DNA of 64,000 nt, taken from contig OX597840.1 in assembly GCA_951406725.2 (NCBI GenBank), forward strand, positions 5,518,001 to 5,582,000. The letters run 5' to 3'. Shown piece after piece: positions 47,645 to 61,042 of the stretch (position 1 is the first letter of the stretch; each line of letters starts with the position of its first letter). This stretch comes from Octopus vulgaris (Eukaryota). The position numbers were made by a program, and so were the translations under genes. The notes beneath the pieces were generated by a model that had not been told where the DNA came from, did no database searches, and worked only from the letters and a program-made list of their open reading frames with translations.

Positions 47645-48202
47645 CTGGCATATGTGTCACATATGAGGCACAGGACCGGCATATGTGTGTCACATATGAG
47701 GCACAGGACCAGCATATGTGTGTCACATATGAGGCACAGAATTGGCATATGTGTGTCACATATGATGCACAGTATCGGCATATGTGTGTCACATATGAGG
47801 CACAGGATTGGCATATGTGTGTCACATATGAGGCACAGGACTGGCATATGTGTGTCACATACAAAGTACAGAACCGGCATATGTGTGTCACATACGAGGC
47901 ACAGGACCGGCATATGTGTGTAACATATGAGGCACAGGACCGGCATATGTGTGTCACATATGAGGCACAGAATTGGCATATGTGTGTCACATATGATGCA
48001 CAGTATCGGCATATGTGTGTCACATATGAGGCACAGGATTGGCATATGTGTGTCACATATGAGGCACAGGACTGGCATATGTGTGTCACATATGAGGCAC
48101 AGGACCGGCATATGTGTGTCACATGTGATGCACAGGACCGGCATATGTGTGTCACATGTGATGCACAGGACCGGCATATGTGTGTCACATATGAGGCACA
48201 GG
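47645..48202 (+). repeat. 33-bp minisatellite, about 17 copies, with an internal palindrome
   Basis: Unit ggcatatgtgtgtcacatatgaggcacaggacc; the ORFs show an 11-aa period. Confidence 0.95.
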
Positions 48203-49048
48203 AACATTTGGGCGTGACCGTTGCCAGTACCACCCAACTGGCCCTCATGCCAGCGGCACGTAAAAGCACCCACGCACCCACTACACTCTCGGAGTGGTTG
48301 GTGTTAGGAAGGGCATCCAGCTGTAGAAACTCTGCCAGATCAGATTAGAGTCTGGTTCGCCAGACCTCAATCAAATCGTCCAACCCATGCTAGCATGGAA
48401 AACAGACGTTAAATGATGACGATGATGATGATGATGATGATGATAATGATTATCAAATAAAAATTTATGATAGTAAAATAGCGGATGAAATAATGATACT
48501 AATTACAAAGACAATGAAGTGGGGGACAGGTTGTGCTTTTGGCCCCACAAGCCCTGATTCATCTCTGTGACCTTTTGGAAAAAATTACAGGACACTCTTA
48601 GTTGGAGACATTCAAACTCACCATTCTCGCCACAACCTTCCATCCTTCTTTTGTATACGTCTGGCAACAAGCACTCCTTCTCCACCCTTATCTTCCTTTT
48701 CAGGTGGAACGAAAGGAAGGTCACCAGCCCAAAGCTGGAGATGAAAGGGCCTGTCATAATACCTTTTTTACTTGGGTCTTCCACACTACTTCTTTGGCAA
48801 TAGCAACTACAGTGAGAAAACAGGCCTTACCTTCTCTGTCCAAGGAGGAACAATTTTTATGATCGACTTGGAAGACAGCTGTACTCTTCCCATTTGTGAC
48901 GACAGATGTTCTACATAAACTCACATTTCAGTAATTTTGGGGCATTGCACAATCGCATGCAGGATGGTTTCTCTGTCCTGCTTGCATCATGGTGAACAAA
49001 ACCTACCATGCCTTTCGAGTTTATTGCAAACCGGTAATGCACCTCGGA

Positions 49049-49284
49049 TTTAAGGCGGCGAGCTAGTAGAAACGTTAGCACGCTGGACGAAATGCTTAGC
49101 GGTATTTCGTCTGCCGTTATGTTGTGAGTTCAAATTCCACCGAGGTCGACTTTACCTTTCATCCTTTCGGGGTCGATAAATCAAGTACCAGTTACGCACT
49201 GGGGTTGATGTAATCGACTTAATACCTATGTCTGTCCTTGTTTGTCCTCTCTGTGTGTAGCCCCTTGTGGGCAGTAAAGAAATA
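49049..49284 (+). mobile_element. SINE 'family E' (Nin/Deu-like central motif) with a 16-bp TSD
   Basis: Core cctttcatcctttcggggtcgataaa..agtaccag; TSD ggtaatgcacctcgga at 49033-49048 and 49285-49300. Confidence 0.9.
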
Positions 49285-49632
49285 GGTAATGCACCTCGGA
49301 AGCATTGCCAGGTCAGAGATCTTTGGAAGTTATCCAAAGACCCTGGCCCGAATGTTCTTCGGAACAGGCTGGTTAACTGATTTTTGTCAAAGCCCAGAGT
49401 CTCTCCCCACCAGGCCATCATCATTACTTGCCTCTACCAACCTTCTATAAAAGAACAAGGTTGAACCCCTGCCGCTAGCATTTCCCATGTGAGAGAGACA
49501 CTGGAGTGCCTGATGGCATTCCAAGTGCTACTCGTCATACTTTGGTCTACAATGGATCCAAGGCATTAATTCATTAAAACTAGTGAACCTAAAAAGCAGC
49601 CATCTGACGAACGGAGACCACATCTGTTCACC

Positions 49633-50012
49633 AGCTTGAGAGGCGGTTGGATGGAACCTACACTCGCCTCCTTATGAGAGCTCAAAATCTCTCGTGGAAG
49701 CGCCATCCAACCAAAATGCAAATATATGGGAAATTACCACCTGTGTCATCTCTTGTGAAAGGTAGGAGAGTCCAGTTTGCTGGACATTGTTGTAGAGCTG
49801 AAAAAGAAGTAATTTCTACTCTTCTCCTCTGGAAGCCATCTGCTCGTGATACCAGAGGGCACACACTCTCCTACCCTGATGTAATCTCCAGAGATACAGG
49901 CATCCAGCAACAGGACCTCCGTAATGCTATGATGGACCGTGAAGTCTGGCGTAACATAGTAAATTCCATTGTCTCGACCAAGGTCGAACAATGAATGAAT
50001 GATGATGATGAT
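49633..50012 (+). mobile_element. RTE LINE 3' fragment
   Basis: Near-identical to 46983-47350. Confidence 0.9.
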
Positions 50013-50481
50013 GCCACAGTTACCTCAGCTTCAACGCTAATTTGCGCATCAACTGCCAAGGCACCCCTAGCCCATCCTTTAGCGGGTGTTGATAGCTGAC
50101 AGAGCGCTTCACAAGCAGACCTTCACCCTTCCACAAAAAGTGGAAAAGGAGCCGTTCCAACTTGTTCAGCCACGAAACAGGACAAGGTAGACAGTTAGGC
50201 GGTAGGTAATCACAGAAGCGATAAACACTTCTGCCACCTCCGCCCTCCCTTTCGAGGATAACCACTGCTCAGACCAGGTCTGAATTAGATAAGTCACCTT
50301 GCTTGCCACCTTGGCCCAATTCTTCTCTATCTAGAGGTCTGGTTCAAACCAAACCCCTACCATTTTAACTGGCAAGGGGTGGGTAAACTGGTAGTTTGGC
50401 ATTGTTTTAGGGGACCAATCTCACCAAATATGAAGACTTACATTTTCTCTTCCTGCTAACGCATGGGAAATGCAGACAAGA

Positions 50482-50512
<31 letters not shown>

Positions 50513-51152
50513 AAAAGAGAGAGTACTCACAGAGGACAGAGTTTTTGCTTCATCAAATACCTTGTGACATTTCGCCCGTCTTTACATTCTAAGTTCAAAT
50601 TCTGTTGACATCAGTTTTTGCCTTTCATCCTTTCGGAATCAATGAAATAAGTACCAGTTGTGCACTGAACTACGTTAAGGGTACGCATGTCTGTGGAGTG
50701 CTCAGCCACCTGCGTGTTGAATTCACGTGCAGGCTCTTCCATTGATCGAATCAACCCTTGTTGTCATAACCGACGGAGTGCTTGTTCTACTAATCTACCA
50801 CTGTTTTGATACAACTTTTTATGGGTCCCAACAGGATAAAAGGCAAAGCTGACCACAACAGGATTTCGAGTTGGACCGTAGAGAGCCACAAGATAAACTG
50901 TGATGCACTTATCCTAATTACTGTTTTAACAACTCTGTTGATTCTCTGAACTGAATCCCACAGATCCAGTTTTACTTTGGTTACCATAGACAAGTACACC
51001 TTTCTCCAGGTGGTTCTCTGGGCTATTGGTGGTATATGCAAAAAGTGGGTCCATCTACTCGGACCACGCTCACCAATCTCACCTCTTTTTAGCATCTTCA
51101 GAGATGGACTATTATGAACAAAATCCAACCCAGTACTTGACCAGAACTTTAT

Positions 51153-51381
51153 TTAACCCTTTTGCTACCATATTTATTTTGAAATGCTCTGTGTTTCTTT
51201 CAATTATTTAAAATATAACAAAGAATTTAGTAAAATAACTTAGTTATCATTAAGATAGTGTTCAGAACATAAATTGTGACTAAGATTTAGTGGAAGATTT
51301 TAATTGAAAACTTATGAAAAGAAGACATTTATACTACAGAGCCAAAGCCGGTTTTAGCCAGGTTGGTAACGAAAGGGTTAA
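51153..51381. mobile_element. piggyBac-like MITE
   Basis: TTAA-cccttttgctacc ... ggtaacgaaaggg-TTAA. Confidence 0.8.
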
Positions 51382-51399
51382 TTGACTTCTGTAAAAAGC

Positions 51400-52215
51400 A
51401 ACGAGGTGGAATTTGAACTCAGAATATAATGAGTCATAAACTATTGATTTACAATTTAGGAAGAATTTTGAGAAGGGGGTTAATTAATACCATCTAATCA
51501 AGCCCTTGATTGATATTTTATTTTTATCGACCCCTGAAAGAATGGAAAGCAAAGTCAACCATGGTGGTATTCGAACCCAGAACGTAAAGACAGATGAAAT
51601 GCCGCTAATCGTTTTACCCAGTGTGATGACGATTCTGCCAGCTCATTGACTTAATAATAATAATAACAATCCTTTCTACTTAGAGGCACAAAGCCTGAAA
51701 TTTGTGTGAGGGGGATATTTGATTATATCGACCCTAGTACTCAACTGGTACTTAATTTATCGCCCCCACCCCTCGAATGGATGAAAGGCAAAGTCGACCT
51801 CTGCAGAATTTGAACTCAGAACGTAGCGGCAGACGAAATACCTATTTCTTTACTACCCACAAGGGGCTAAACATATATTTCTTTACTACCCACAAGGGGC
51901 TAAACACAGAGGGGACAAACAAGGACAGACATAGGTATTAAGTCGATTACATCGACCCCAGTGCGTAACTGGTACTTAATTTATCGACCCCGAAAGGATG
52001 AAAGGCAAAGTCGACCTCGGCGGAATTTGAACTCACGACGTAACGCAGACGAAATACCGCTAAGCATTCTGCCCGGCGTGCTAACGTTTCTGCCAGCTCG
52101 CCGCCTGAAAGGCAAAGTCAACCTCGGCGGAATTTGAACTCAGAACGTAACGACAGTCGAAATACGGCTCCGCATTTCGCCCGGCGTGCTAACGTTTCTG
52201 CCAGCTCGCCGCCTT
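51400..52215 (-). mobile_element. Tandem/nested chain of SINE family E copies
   Basis: Repeated aaaggcaaagtcgacctcggcggaatttgaactc blocks. Confidence 0.85.
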
Positions 52216-52568
52216 AATAATAATAATTTACCCAGTTGATGAATGGCTAAATTGAACTGCCTGGCGTTGAGAGATGAAGGGAAAAGGTGAGGGTGGGGAG
52301 AGCAGTGGGCGTGTTTGTATTTCTGTATGTGGATGTGTGTGAGACACAAACGCATACGCGTTCGCGCACACGCACGCAATAAGGTCATCTTAACGGAGTT
52401 TTACGTGAGACATTAAAAGCGACGCGCAAGAATGATATTGAAAGAAAGAAAAAAGTACTCATGTATATATACATATATATATATGTGTGTGTGTATTTGT
52501 ATGTATGTATGTATATAATATATATATTTATATATATATATACATACACATACACACACACACATATA

Positions 52569-52699
52569 TAGGGTGTCCCCAAAAAATGTATACACATAGT
52601 GGTTCGGCAAAAGAGAACGATAGAATAAGTACTAGGTTTACAAAGAATAACAAATTTACAATTATTTAAGGTGTGTATACATTTTTTTGGGACACCCTG
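52569..52699. mobile_element. Tc1/mariner-type mini element containing a SINE A fragment
   Basis: TA-flanked TIRs agggtgtcccc aaaaaatgtatacac / gtgtatacattttttt gggacaccctg; interior ggttcggcaaaagag...caaagaataa. Confidence 0.75.
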
Positions 52700-52860
52700 T
52701 ATATATATATATATTTATATATATATATATATATGCCCTCTATATAATATAAGATAAATAAATATATTCAAGTGGAAATAATTTACAGATTTTTTTCTCT
52801 AATGAGGTTTTTCACGCTAACTATTTCATAATTTCTTATGAAGATTTTTATCCTATTTTT

Positions 52861-52925
<65 letters not shown>

Positions 52926-53253
52926 GTTTACATAATTGTGCTCACTCACGCATACACAGACACGGGGGTGGGAGGGAACTACAGAAAAAGTGTTGTTCCT
53001 TTTGCTCTTGTTGTTAGTGTTTAGCCACAGGTCAACCACCAACGAGCAAACTTTTCGATAGAGTGCGTCTCAGCCGTGATCATACCGGGTGTATATGTGA
53101 ATGAAATATGGCTGGTATTTTTAGCCGGTCTATCGACCACGTTGAGGCTGGAGTCGGTGGCTGGCGTTTTGCTGCCTGTCGCAGAGAAAGAGTACAAGAG
53201 GAGAAGAGAGAGAGAGAGAAAGAGGGTGAAAGAGTGAGAGAAAGAGAGCGGGA

Positions 53254-53321
53254 ATGTTGGAAGATTTGTCTGGTATTCCTCTGTCGCATAAAGAGAGAGA
53301 GAGAGAGAAGGAAATATCTAT
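53254..53321 (+). CDS. Candidate alternative first coding exon (MLEDLSGIPLSHKEREREKEIS-M)
   Basis: ATG at 53254 (G at -3) is open up to an AT|gtatgt donor at 53322, in phase 2 and in frame with the exon at 54577. It is preceded by a GA-rich leader and lies in a CpG-retaining zone. Confidence 0.45.
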
Positions 53322-53333
53322 GTATGTGAACAT

Positions 53334-53445
<112 letters not shown>

Positions 53446-53905
53446 AAGATAGATAGATATTTATATTGCATTATATGGTGTTTTAATTACTTTTTAAATA
53501 AACCGCACCAATTATATATCATTTAGCACACTCACACACACATATATATATACACACACACATAAATAATTACTCTTATATACAAATACATACGTACACA
53601 GAAACACACACATGTATACATGCAATTACACATATAGATATACATGCTCATATATAACATTTATGTAAGTGTACTCTTACATAGACACACTCAAATACAC
53701 ATATACATACATACACTGAAGAGTACACATACATACACACAAATATATACATACACACACACATATATATATATATACACACACAAATATATACATACAC
53801 ACACACACATATATATATATACATACACACACCTATACATACACACACTCACACATACAGATACTCATATATATATATACACACAAATATATACATACAC
53901 ACACT

Positions 53906-53955
<50 letters not shown>

Positions 53956-54576
53956 TCTATACGTACACATACATATATACATTCATACACACATACATAC
54001 ATACATACATACATACATACATACATACGAACATACATACGAACATACATACGTACATACATACGCACATACACACACACACATACATACATACACACAC
54101 ATACACACAAACATACATACATACATATACGAAACTACATACACACACAGAGGCAAGATGGTAAGAGGAAAAAAATGCACAATAGCGACAACCACCATTA
54201 ACAATCACAACAACAACAACAACAACACTAGTGAAAAGTATGTCGTGTAACACAAAGATCACCGCCTCAACCCCCACCATCTTCACACTACCACCACCAC
54301 CAACAACAACAACAACATAAATGATCTAAGTTTCTATAGTGAACGAAAATAACAACACACCAGTACTAGATTTATATACACACATTACTGTATATATATA
54401 TGTAATTTAGACGAAAAGTCGAGTGCGTTGAAGGTGTATATAGATATATACATATACATGTGTGTCTGTCTGTCTGTTGTCAATGTATGTATATAGGTGT
54501 ATATATAATTAAAAGACATGGAGAGAATGTTACAACCTTTAAATTCTACTGAAATTGTTGTGTTACCATCTTCCAG

Positions 54577-54631
54577 GAGCGAGGAACCTGTTTCGTCGAA
54601 TATGGATATATCGACTGGGCATATTGTTTTG
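54577..54631 (+). CDS. PTPRN2: Next conserved coding exon of the IA-2/PTPRN2-like gene
   Basis: ttccag| acceptor and TTG|gtaagt donor, 55 nt. Its first G completes TGG (Trp) from the upstream exon, then SEEPVSSNMDISTGHIVL, matching the family signature WSEEPVxSNMDISTGHMIL. Confidence 0.95.
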
Positions 54632-55523
54632 GTAAGTAAATTAGCCATCTCTTGGCCTTTTTTATATTCTATTTTTCTCTCTCTTATTTTGCCCTGCCTT
54701 TTGATAAATTCAGATATGTATGTGTCGAAATTGCGAGGATGATCCGGTTCTTGACTGAAGATTAGAGGTTTCGAATGACCCGTCCGTTTTTTGTGTCGTC
54801 TATTTGAGTGTTTTGCGTTCTTGTCCCATTTTGTATTTTATATATATATATGTATATATATATATATGTATACATACATACATACACACACGTCTGCATA
54901 CATGTATGTACGTACGTATGTGTACATACTTTTATATATACGTACATGATCTGTCATTCTGTCTATCAATCTATCTATCTATAGATGTCTTGTGTATATA
55001 AAAATGTTCATATGTACATGCATATATATGTATATATATTGTCTTTCTTTCTGTGCTTGTCTAAGTCTCTTTCTCTCCATACATTGAATACAGCTGGTAT
55101 ATAGACACACGTTCGCTTGTTCGTGTGTGTATATTCATTCACAAATCGCACATTTATGCACACACGTACAGGTGCGTTATAGATACACGTGTATATAGCA
55201 TAAAATATACATTTATATAAAACTTCATACACACACACACACACACAACACATTTTATATGTGTCTATACCGACGCATTATCGATACACGTGTGTATATA
55301 ACGCATCAAAGTATTGAACCTTTTGTAGTATATGTATTTAGAATATATGTATGTTGCAGTCTATATATAATGAAAATGTTTGCTGTTATTCTTTTACATG
55401 TTTTTTTATATATTGTTGTTCATTTTGTTTATTGCTGTATTAATTCTGAAGACCTTTTTGCCATCCTTCTTTCTATCCATACCTCTGTTCCTTCAATGTG
55501 CTTACTGCTCTTTCTAGCCCCAC

Positions 55524-55591
<68 letters not shown>

Positions 55592-56269
55592 TACACATGT
55601 GTGTATATGTACATATGTATGTATCTATTTATCAACACTCTCCGATTTTTGGCTTATTCTATACCTAGACACACCTAATTTTTTCTTTCTCTCTGATAAT
55701 TTATATACACTCTTCTAACGATGTATATACATATCGCAATGCTACATAAACAGTGATGTATATATATATACACACACAGATCACTGATTCTCTAACTCCG
55801 GTTTTCGGCAGTTTGACGTTATGAAGCCTGCGTATTTAAAAAGCCAACAGGTTGGTGTTTAACCACAGGCATGATGTGATCGAGCAGACGCAATGATCAA
55901 AATCATACCAACCACGACCATCATGTTTTTTTGGAGGGCTGTGGGTGTGTAGTATCTAGGATGAAAATTGTATAATACGGATCATGCTCACTCTCTCCCT
56001 TTTAAAGATTGCAGCAGGGTGTAATTCAATAGAGATTTGGCTGCTATTTCTAGTAACGCGAACGACCACTTAGTAACGGCTTCGTTCAGCGTTGGCTCGA
56101 AAACCAGCAGGTGCGACATTACGGCGTTTTCGAAGCTACTGTTTGCCTTTGTATGTATATATATATATATATTGTGTCTGAGTGTGAGTATATGTATAGT
56201 ATGCACACACACACACATATATATATATATGTGTGTATTAATGTATACCGTTTGTATTCTAATGCACAT

Positions 56270-56309
<40 letters not shown>

Positions 56310-56518
56310 CATACATAGTGTGTCTCTCTCTATATAGGTGTGTATATATATATATACGTATATACAGTTCAAATTTCGCCGAGGTCGACTTTGCCTTTCA
56401 TCCTTTCGGGGTCGATAAATAAAGTACCAGTTACGCACTGGGGTCGATGCAATCGACTTAATCCCTTTGTCTGTCCTTGTTTGTCCTCTCTGTGTTTAAC
56501 CCCTTGTGGGCAATAAAG

Positions 56519-56555
<37 letters not shown>

Positions 56556-57290
56556 TTTGTGAGTGTATATATATGTATATCTCTATATATCTACACCACA
56601 TGTGTCTGTAGTCTATGCAGTGTGTATATGTTTAAGCATATGTGTGTATGTATATATATATATATATATAAATATATACAAAAATGTATATATATATATA
56701 TATATATACACACATAAACAGACGTGCGTACGTCGATGTTACCGTATGGAGAATTTATACGTAGATGAATTTTTGTGAATGAACGTATGACATGACGCAC
56801 GTACGCACACTACCATACACACACAGATGTATACATATATAGACGCACGCACAGACATACACACATAGCCGAATGTGTGTTGTTCTGTGTGTGGCAATAT
56901 GTGTCCGTATATGCATCCGATTGCGTGTGATTATGTAGGTGGGTTTACCTTGCGTGGGAAAGTCATTCAGTTGTATATCACACGTGTCGCCGCAACGACA
57001 ATATATATGTATGTATACACACACATACTGACACGCGAATAGGAGAGTTGTATTATATTTAAGTTCGTCTTCTACCGACAAGTGTCACTCTATGGACACA
57101 ATTGTGGTGTGTGTCATCGTCTGCCGTTACGTTCCGAGTTCAAATTACGCCGAGGTCGACTTTGCCTTTCATCCTTTCGGGGTCGATTAAATAAGTACCA
57201 GTTACGCACTGGGGTCGATGTAATCGACTTAATTCGTTTGTCTGTCCTTGTTTGTCCCCTCTATGTTTAGCCCCTTGTGGGTAATAAAGA

Positions 57291-57339
<49 letters not shown>

Positions 57340-57462
57340 TTTATTTAAAAGCAGCAGAAATTCAACTGAATTTCTGCTGCTTTTAAATAAAGCATATTAC
57401 TCTACCTCTGGTATTTGAGTACTCTTTTTTCCACCTTGTTTCACATTTATGTGTTTACTCCG

Positions 57463-57503
<41 letters not shown>

Positions 57504-57971
57504 CATATATATACATGTATGTGTGTACACATATATATATGTATATATATACGTACATGTACTTACATACAGTTTGTGTACATATACACACACATACACT
57601 CACGTCAATTAGCGTAGCTTATTGGAATTATCTCCCTTACTTGCAAATTATTTTTGGTAAGATTTTCTGCACCACTAGAGTGATTTCCTGACCACTAATC
57701 CGGCGGATAATCTCAGATGATCGACTTAGTGCAATCCTTTACATTAAATATGAGAAATCCACTGCACATGTATTCAATATGCACAACACGCCACCCGCAC
57801 ACCCCACGAGGGATTTTCCCCACTGATGTTACTATAAGGTGCATTCCAGAAGCTTTGAGACTTTTTTGTTTAGGAGAAGAATCAATTATAACTGGCCTAG
57901 TTTATTGTAATTTTAGTATACTATTATAGATCTAATAAGCTGACCTACCGTCTTTTGAATTTGTTAGACAG

Positions 57972-58972
57972 AAGCAGGAGTGGCTGTTTGGTAAGTAGCT
58001 TGCTAACCAACCACATGGTTCCGGGTTCAGTCCCACTGCGTGGCACCTTGGGCAAGTGTCTTCTGCTATAGCCCCGGGCTGACCAATGCCTTGTGAGTGG
58101 ATTTGGTAGACGGAAACTGAAAGAAGCCTGTCGTATATATGTATATATATATAAGTGTGTGTGAATATGTTTGTGTGTCTGTGTTTGTTCCCCTAGCATT
58201 GCTTGACAACCGATGCTGGTGTGTTTACGTCCCCGTCACTTAGCGGTTCGGCAAAAGAGACCGATAGAATAAGTACTGGGCTTACAAAGAATAAGTCCCG
58301 GGGTCGATTTGCTCGATTAAAGGCGGTGCTCCAGCATGGCCGCAGTCAAATGACTTAAACGAGTAAAAAAAAAAAAAAAAAAAAAAAGAGAGAGTAAGCT
58401 GTGTAGAAGTCTGTTGTATGTGTGTATGTGAATAAATCATGTATGACAAGAAAAAAAAGGTAAACAGCAATATTGTTGGAAATAAAGGACCACCCCTATT
58501 GAATGGATACAGTTATAGAGAGTCATATTCAGGACTATGATTCTGTGTCAATATGTTGTTTTTTTTTTGTTTTTTTAAATTTTTTTACTTGTTTCAGTCA
58601 TTTGACTGTGGCCATGCTGGAGCACTGCCTTTAATCGAGCAACTCGACCCCGGGACTTATTCTTTTGTAAGCCCAGTACTTATTCTATCGGTCTCTTTTG
58701 CCGAACCGCTAGGTAACAGGGACATAAATGCACCAGCATCGGTTGTCAAGCAATGCTAGGGGGACAAACACAGACACACACACGCACATATATATATATA
58801 CATATATACGACGGGCTTCTTTCAGTTTCTGTCTACCAAATCCACTCACAAGACTTTGGTTGGCCCGAGGCTATAGTAGAAGGCACTTGCCCAAGGTGCC
58901 ACGCAATGGGACTGAACCCGGAACCATGTGGTTGGTAAACAAGCTACTTACCACACAGCCACTCCTGCAGCT
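57972..58972. mobile_element. Tail-to-tail inverted pair of SINE family A (57972-58390 +, 58580-58972 -)
   Basis: Two full-length, highly similar copies about 190 bp apart. Confidence 0.9.
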
Positions 58973-59896
58973 ATATATATATATATATATGTATATATCT
59001 TTTATCTTTTTACTTGTTTCAGTCATTAGACTGTGGCCATACTGGGGCACCATCTTGAGGAATTTTTTAGTTGAACATATTGACCCCAGTACTTTTAAGC
59101 CTGGTATTTATTAAGGGGACATAAACACACTAACAACTATTGTTAAGTGGTGGGGGACACACAGAGAAGGTACACACACACACACACACAGAAGGTACAC
59201 ACACACACACATGCACACACACACACACACACACACACATGCACATACATATGATGGGCTTCTTTTTCAGTTTCCATCTACCAAATCCACTCACAAGGCT
59301 TTGGTCAGCCTGAGGCTATGATATAAGACACTTGCCCAAGGTGCCATGCAGTGGGATTGAACCTGGAACCCTGTGGTTGGGAAGCAGACTCCTAACCATA
59401 CAGTCACGCCTGTGCCTAAATATGAAATTACGTATGTATTTGGGTCTGTGATGTTGTCTTTGTGTCACACACTAGTTGTAAGGGAAGTGCCGAGTATTAG
59501 AAAAATAAATATCAGAAACTTGCTTCAAGGCAGAGAGATCTTGATAGGGGAGAACTCTCATCCAACAAGTGTTTCAGCCCTTATTCCTGACACTAGGTCA
59601 TGACCCTTAGGTGTCCTCCTGCTGCTTTCCAAAATTGTGTCTCCAGCAGGATTTGAACCTGGGTCATTCTGTTTGTGATCTTGTGTTGCCAGTTCTGTGT
59701 TTTAGACCACTAAGCCATGCTGACCACCAAAGGAACCAGCTCTCCTATGCCTTGTATTTCCTTCCAGTCCTCACTATAAAGTGGTTGGCATCTGAAAGGA
59801 CATCCAGCTGTAAAAACCACACCAAAACTGACCTCGCCTGTGTTTGTGCGACGTAAATAGCACTCAGCCCACTCTGTGGAGTGGTAGGCACTTGGA

Positions 59897-60193
59897 AGGC
59901 GGCGAGCTGGCAGAAACGTTAGCACGCCGGGCGAAATGCTTAGCGGTATTTCGTCTGCCGTTACATTCTGAGTTCACATTCCGGCGAGGTCGACTTTGCC
60001 TTTCATCCTTTCAGAGTCGATAAATTAAGTACCAGCTACACTCTGGGGGTCGATAAATTAAGTACCAGCTATGCACTGGGGTCAATAAATTAAGTACCAG
60101 CTACGCACTGGGGTCAATGTAATCGACTTAATCCATTTGTTTGTCCTTGTTTGTCCCCTCTGTGTTTAGCCCCTTGTGGGTAGTAAAAAAATA
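59897..60193 (+). mobile_element. SINE family E with TSD, nested in an RTE 3'UTR remnant
   Basis: ggtaggcacttggaagg duplicated at 59883-59899 and 60194-60210; internal ~33-bp triplication. Confidence 0.88.
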
Positions 60194-60599
60194 GGTAGGC
60201 ACTTGGAAGGGCATCCAGCTGTAAAAAAACCATGCCAAAACAGACAGAAGTCTGGTACAGGCTCATGTCTGGTCAGCTTCTGTCAAACTGTCCAAGCCAT
60301 GCCAGCATGGAAGGAAGACGTTACATGATGGTGATGATGATGATGAACCAATGTTATAATTGTATTGGTGGTCTAACTTGTTTCCAGCTGTCTGTGAAAA
60401 CATGTCCAACCAAGGGGAAATAATAGCTTATTTTGCTACAAGTGTGGGTAAGGGACAAGACTGGCATCTGGCCATAGAAATCTATTACATTAAACTCTCA
60501 TGATAATTAAAAACTTCAAGGCTGTGCCCCAGTATATATATGCGTATATGTATATATATAACAAGTAAAAGATAAAAAGATGTGAGTGTGTGTGTAGAG

Positions 60600-60818
60600 C
60601 AGTGGTTTTCAACCAGGGTTCCGCGGAACCTTAGTGTTCCGCCAGTACAGTCCAGGGGTTCCGCAAGAAGTTACAAAACTGCTAAAATCGGCAGTAATTT
60701 TTAATTCTCCTGTGCAAATATGTGTGCATAAGACTATTAAATTATTGCACAGGGGTTCCTCGAGCCAGTGGAATGTTTCCTTGGGGTTCCGCTCCAGCAA
60801 AAAGTTTGAAAAGCACTG
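60600..60818. mobile_element. hAT MITE with a perfect 8-bp TSD
   Basis: TIRs cagtggttttcaa / ttgaaaagcactg; gtgtagag at 60592-60599 and 60819-60826. Confidence 0.92.
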
Positions 60819-61042
60819 GTGTAGAGGTAAATGGCTTAGTGGTTAGGGTGTTAGGTTCATGATCATAAAATTGTGGCTTTGATTCCGGCAAACTTGGAGA
60901 AATGGGAGTTAAAACCATAATTGATGGTGATGTGATGTTTTTCATTTCACTTTCAGTTCACCAAATCTGTTTCAGAAGGCCTGGTTGTCCTAGGATTACT
61001 GCAGATGTTAAATATATGATAATGGTGATTATATAAAGTGCA

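Larger units (their letters stand above)
48500..50340 (-). mobile_element. Decayed Tx1/L1-like LINE fragment interrupted by a SINE and an RTE copy
   Basis: LERLLFHFLWKG...HPLKDGLGVP post-RT motif and a zinc-knuckle remnant (CKQDRETILHAIVQCP) near 48940-48990. Confidence 0.7.

Noticed and set aside
47626-48348. CRISPR-like look of the palindromic 33-bp array and its 200-aa Cys/His ORFs
   Set aside because: Inter-palindrome segments are short and near-identical rather than unique spacers, there are no cas genes, and the context is eukaryotic. ORFs are open in many frames because 33 is divisible by 3.
54518-54742. 74-aa ORF MERMLQPL... as a stand-alone gene
   Set aside because: Only 54577-54631 matches IA-2 and is bounded by canonical splice sites; the rest is intronic read-through, although use of the ATG at 54518 cannot be excluded.
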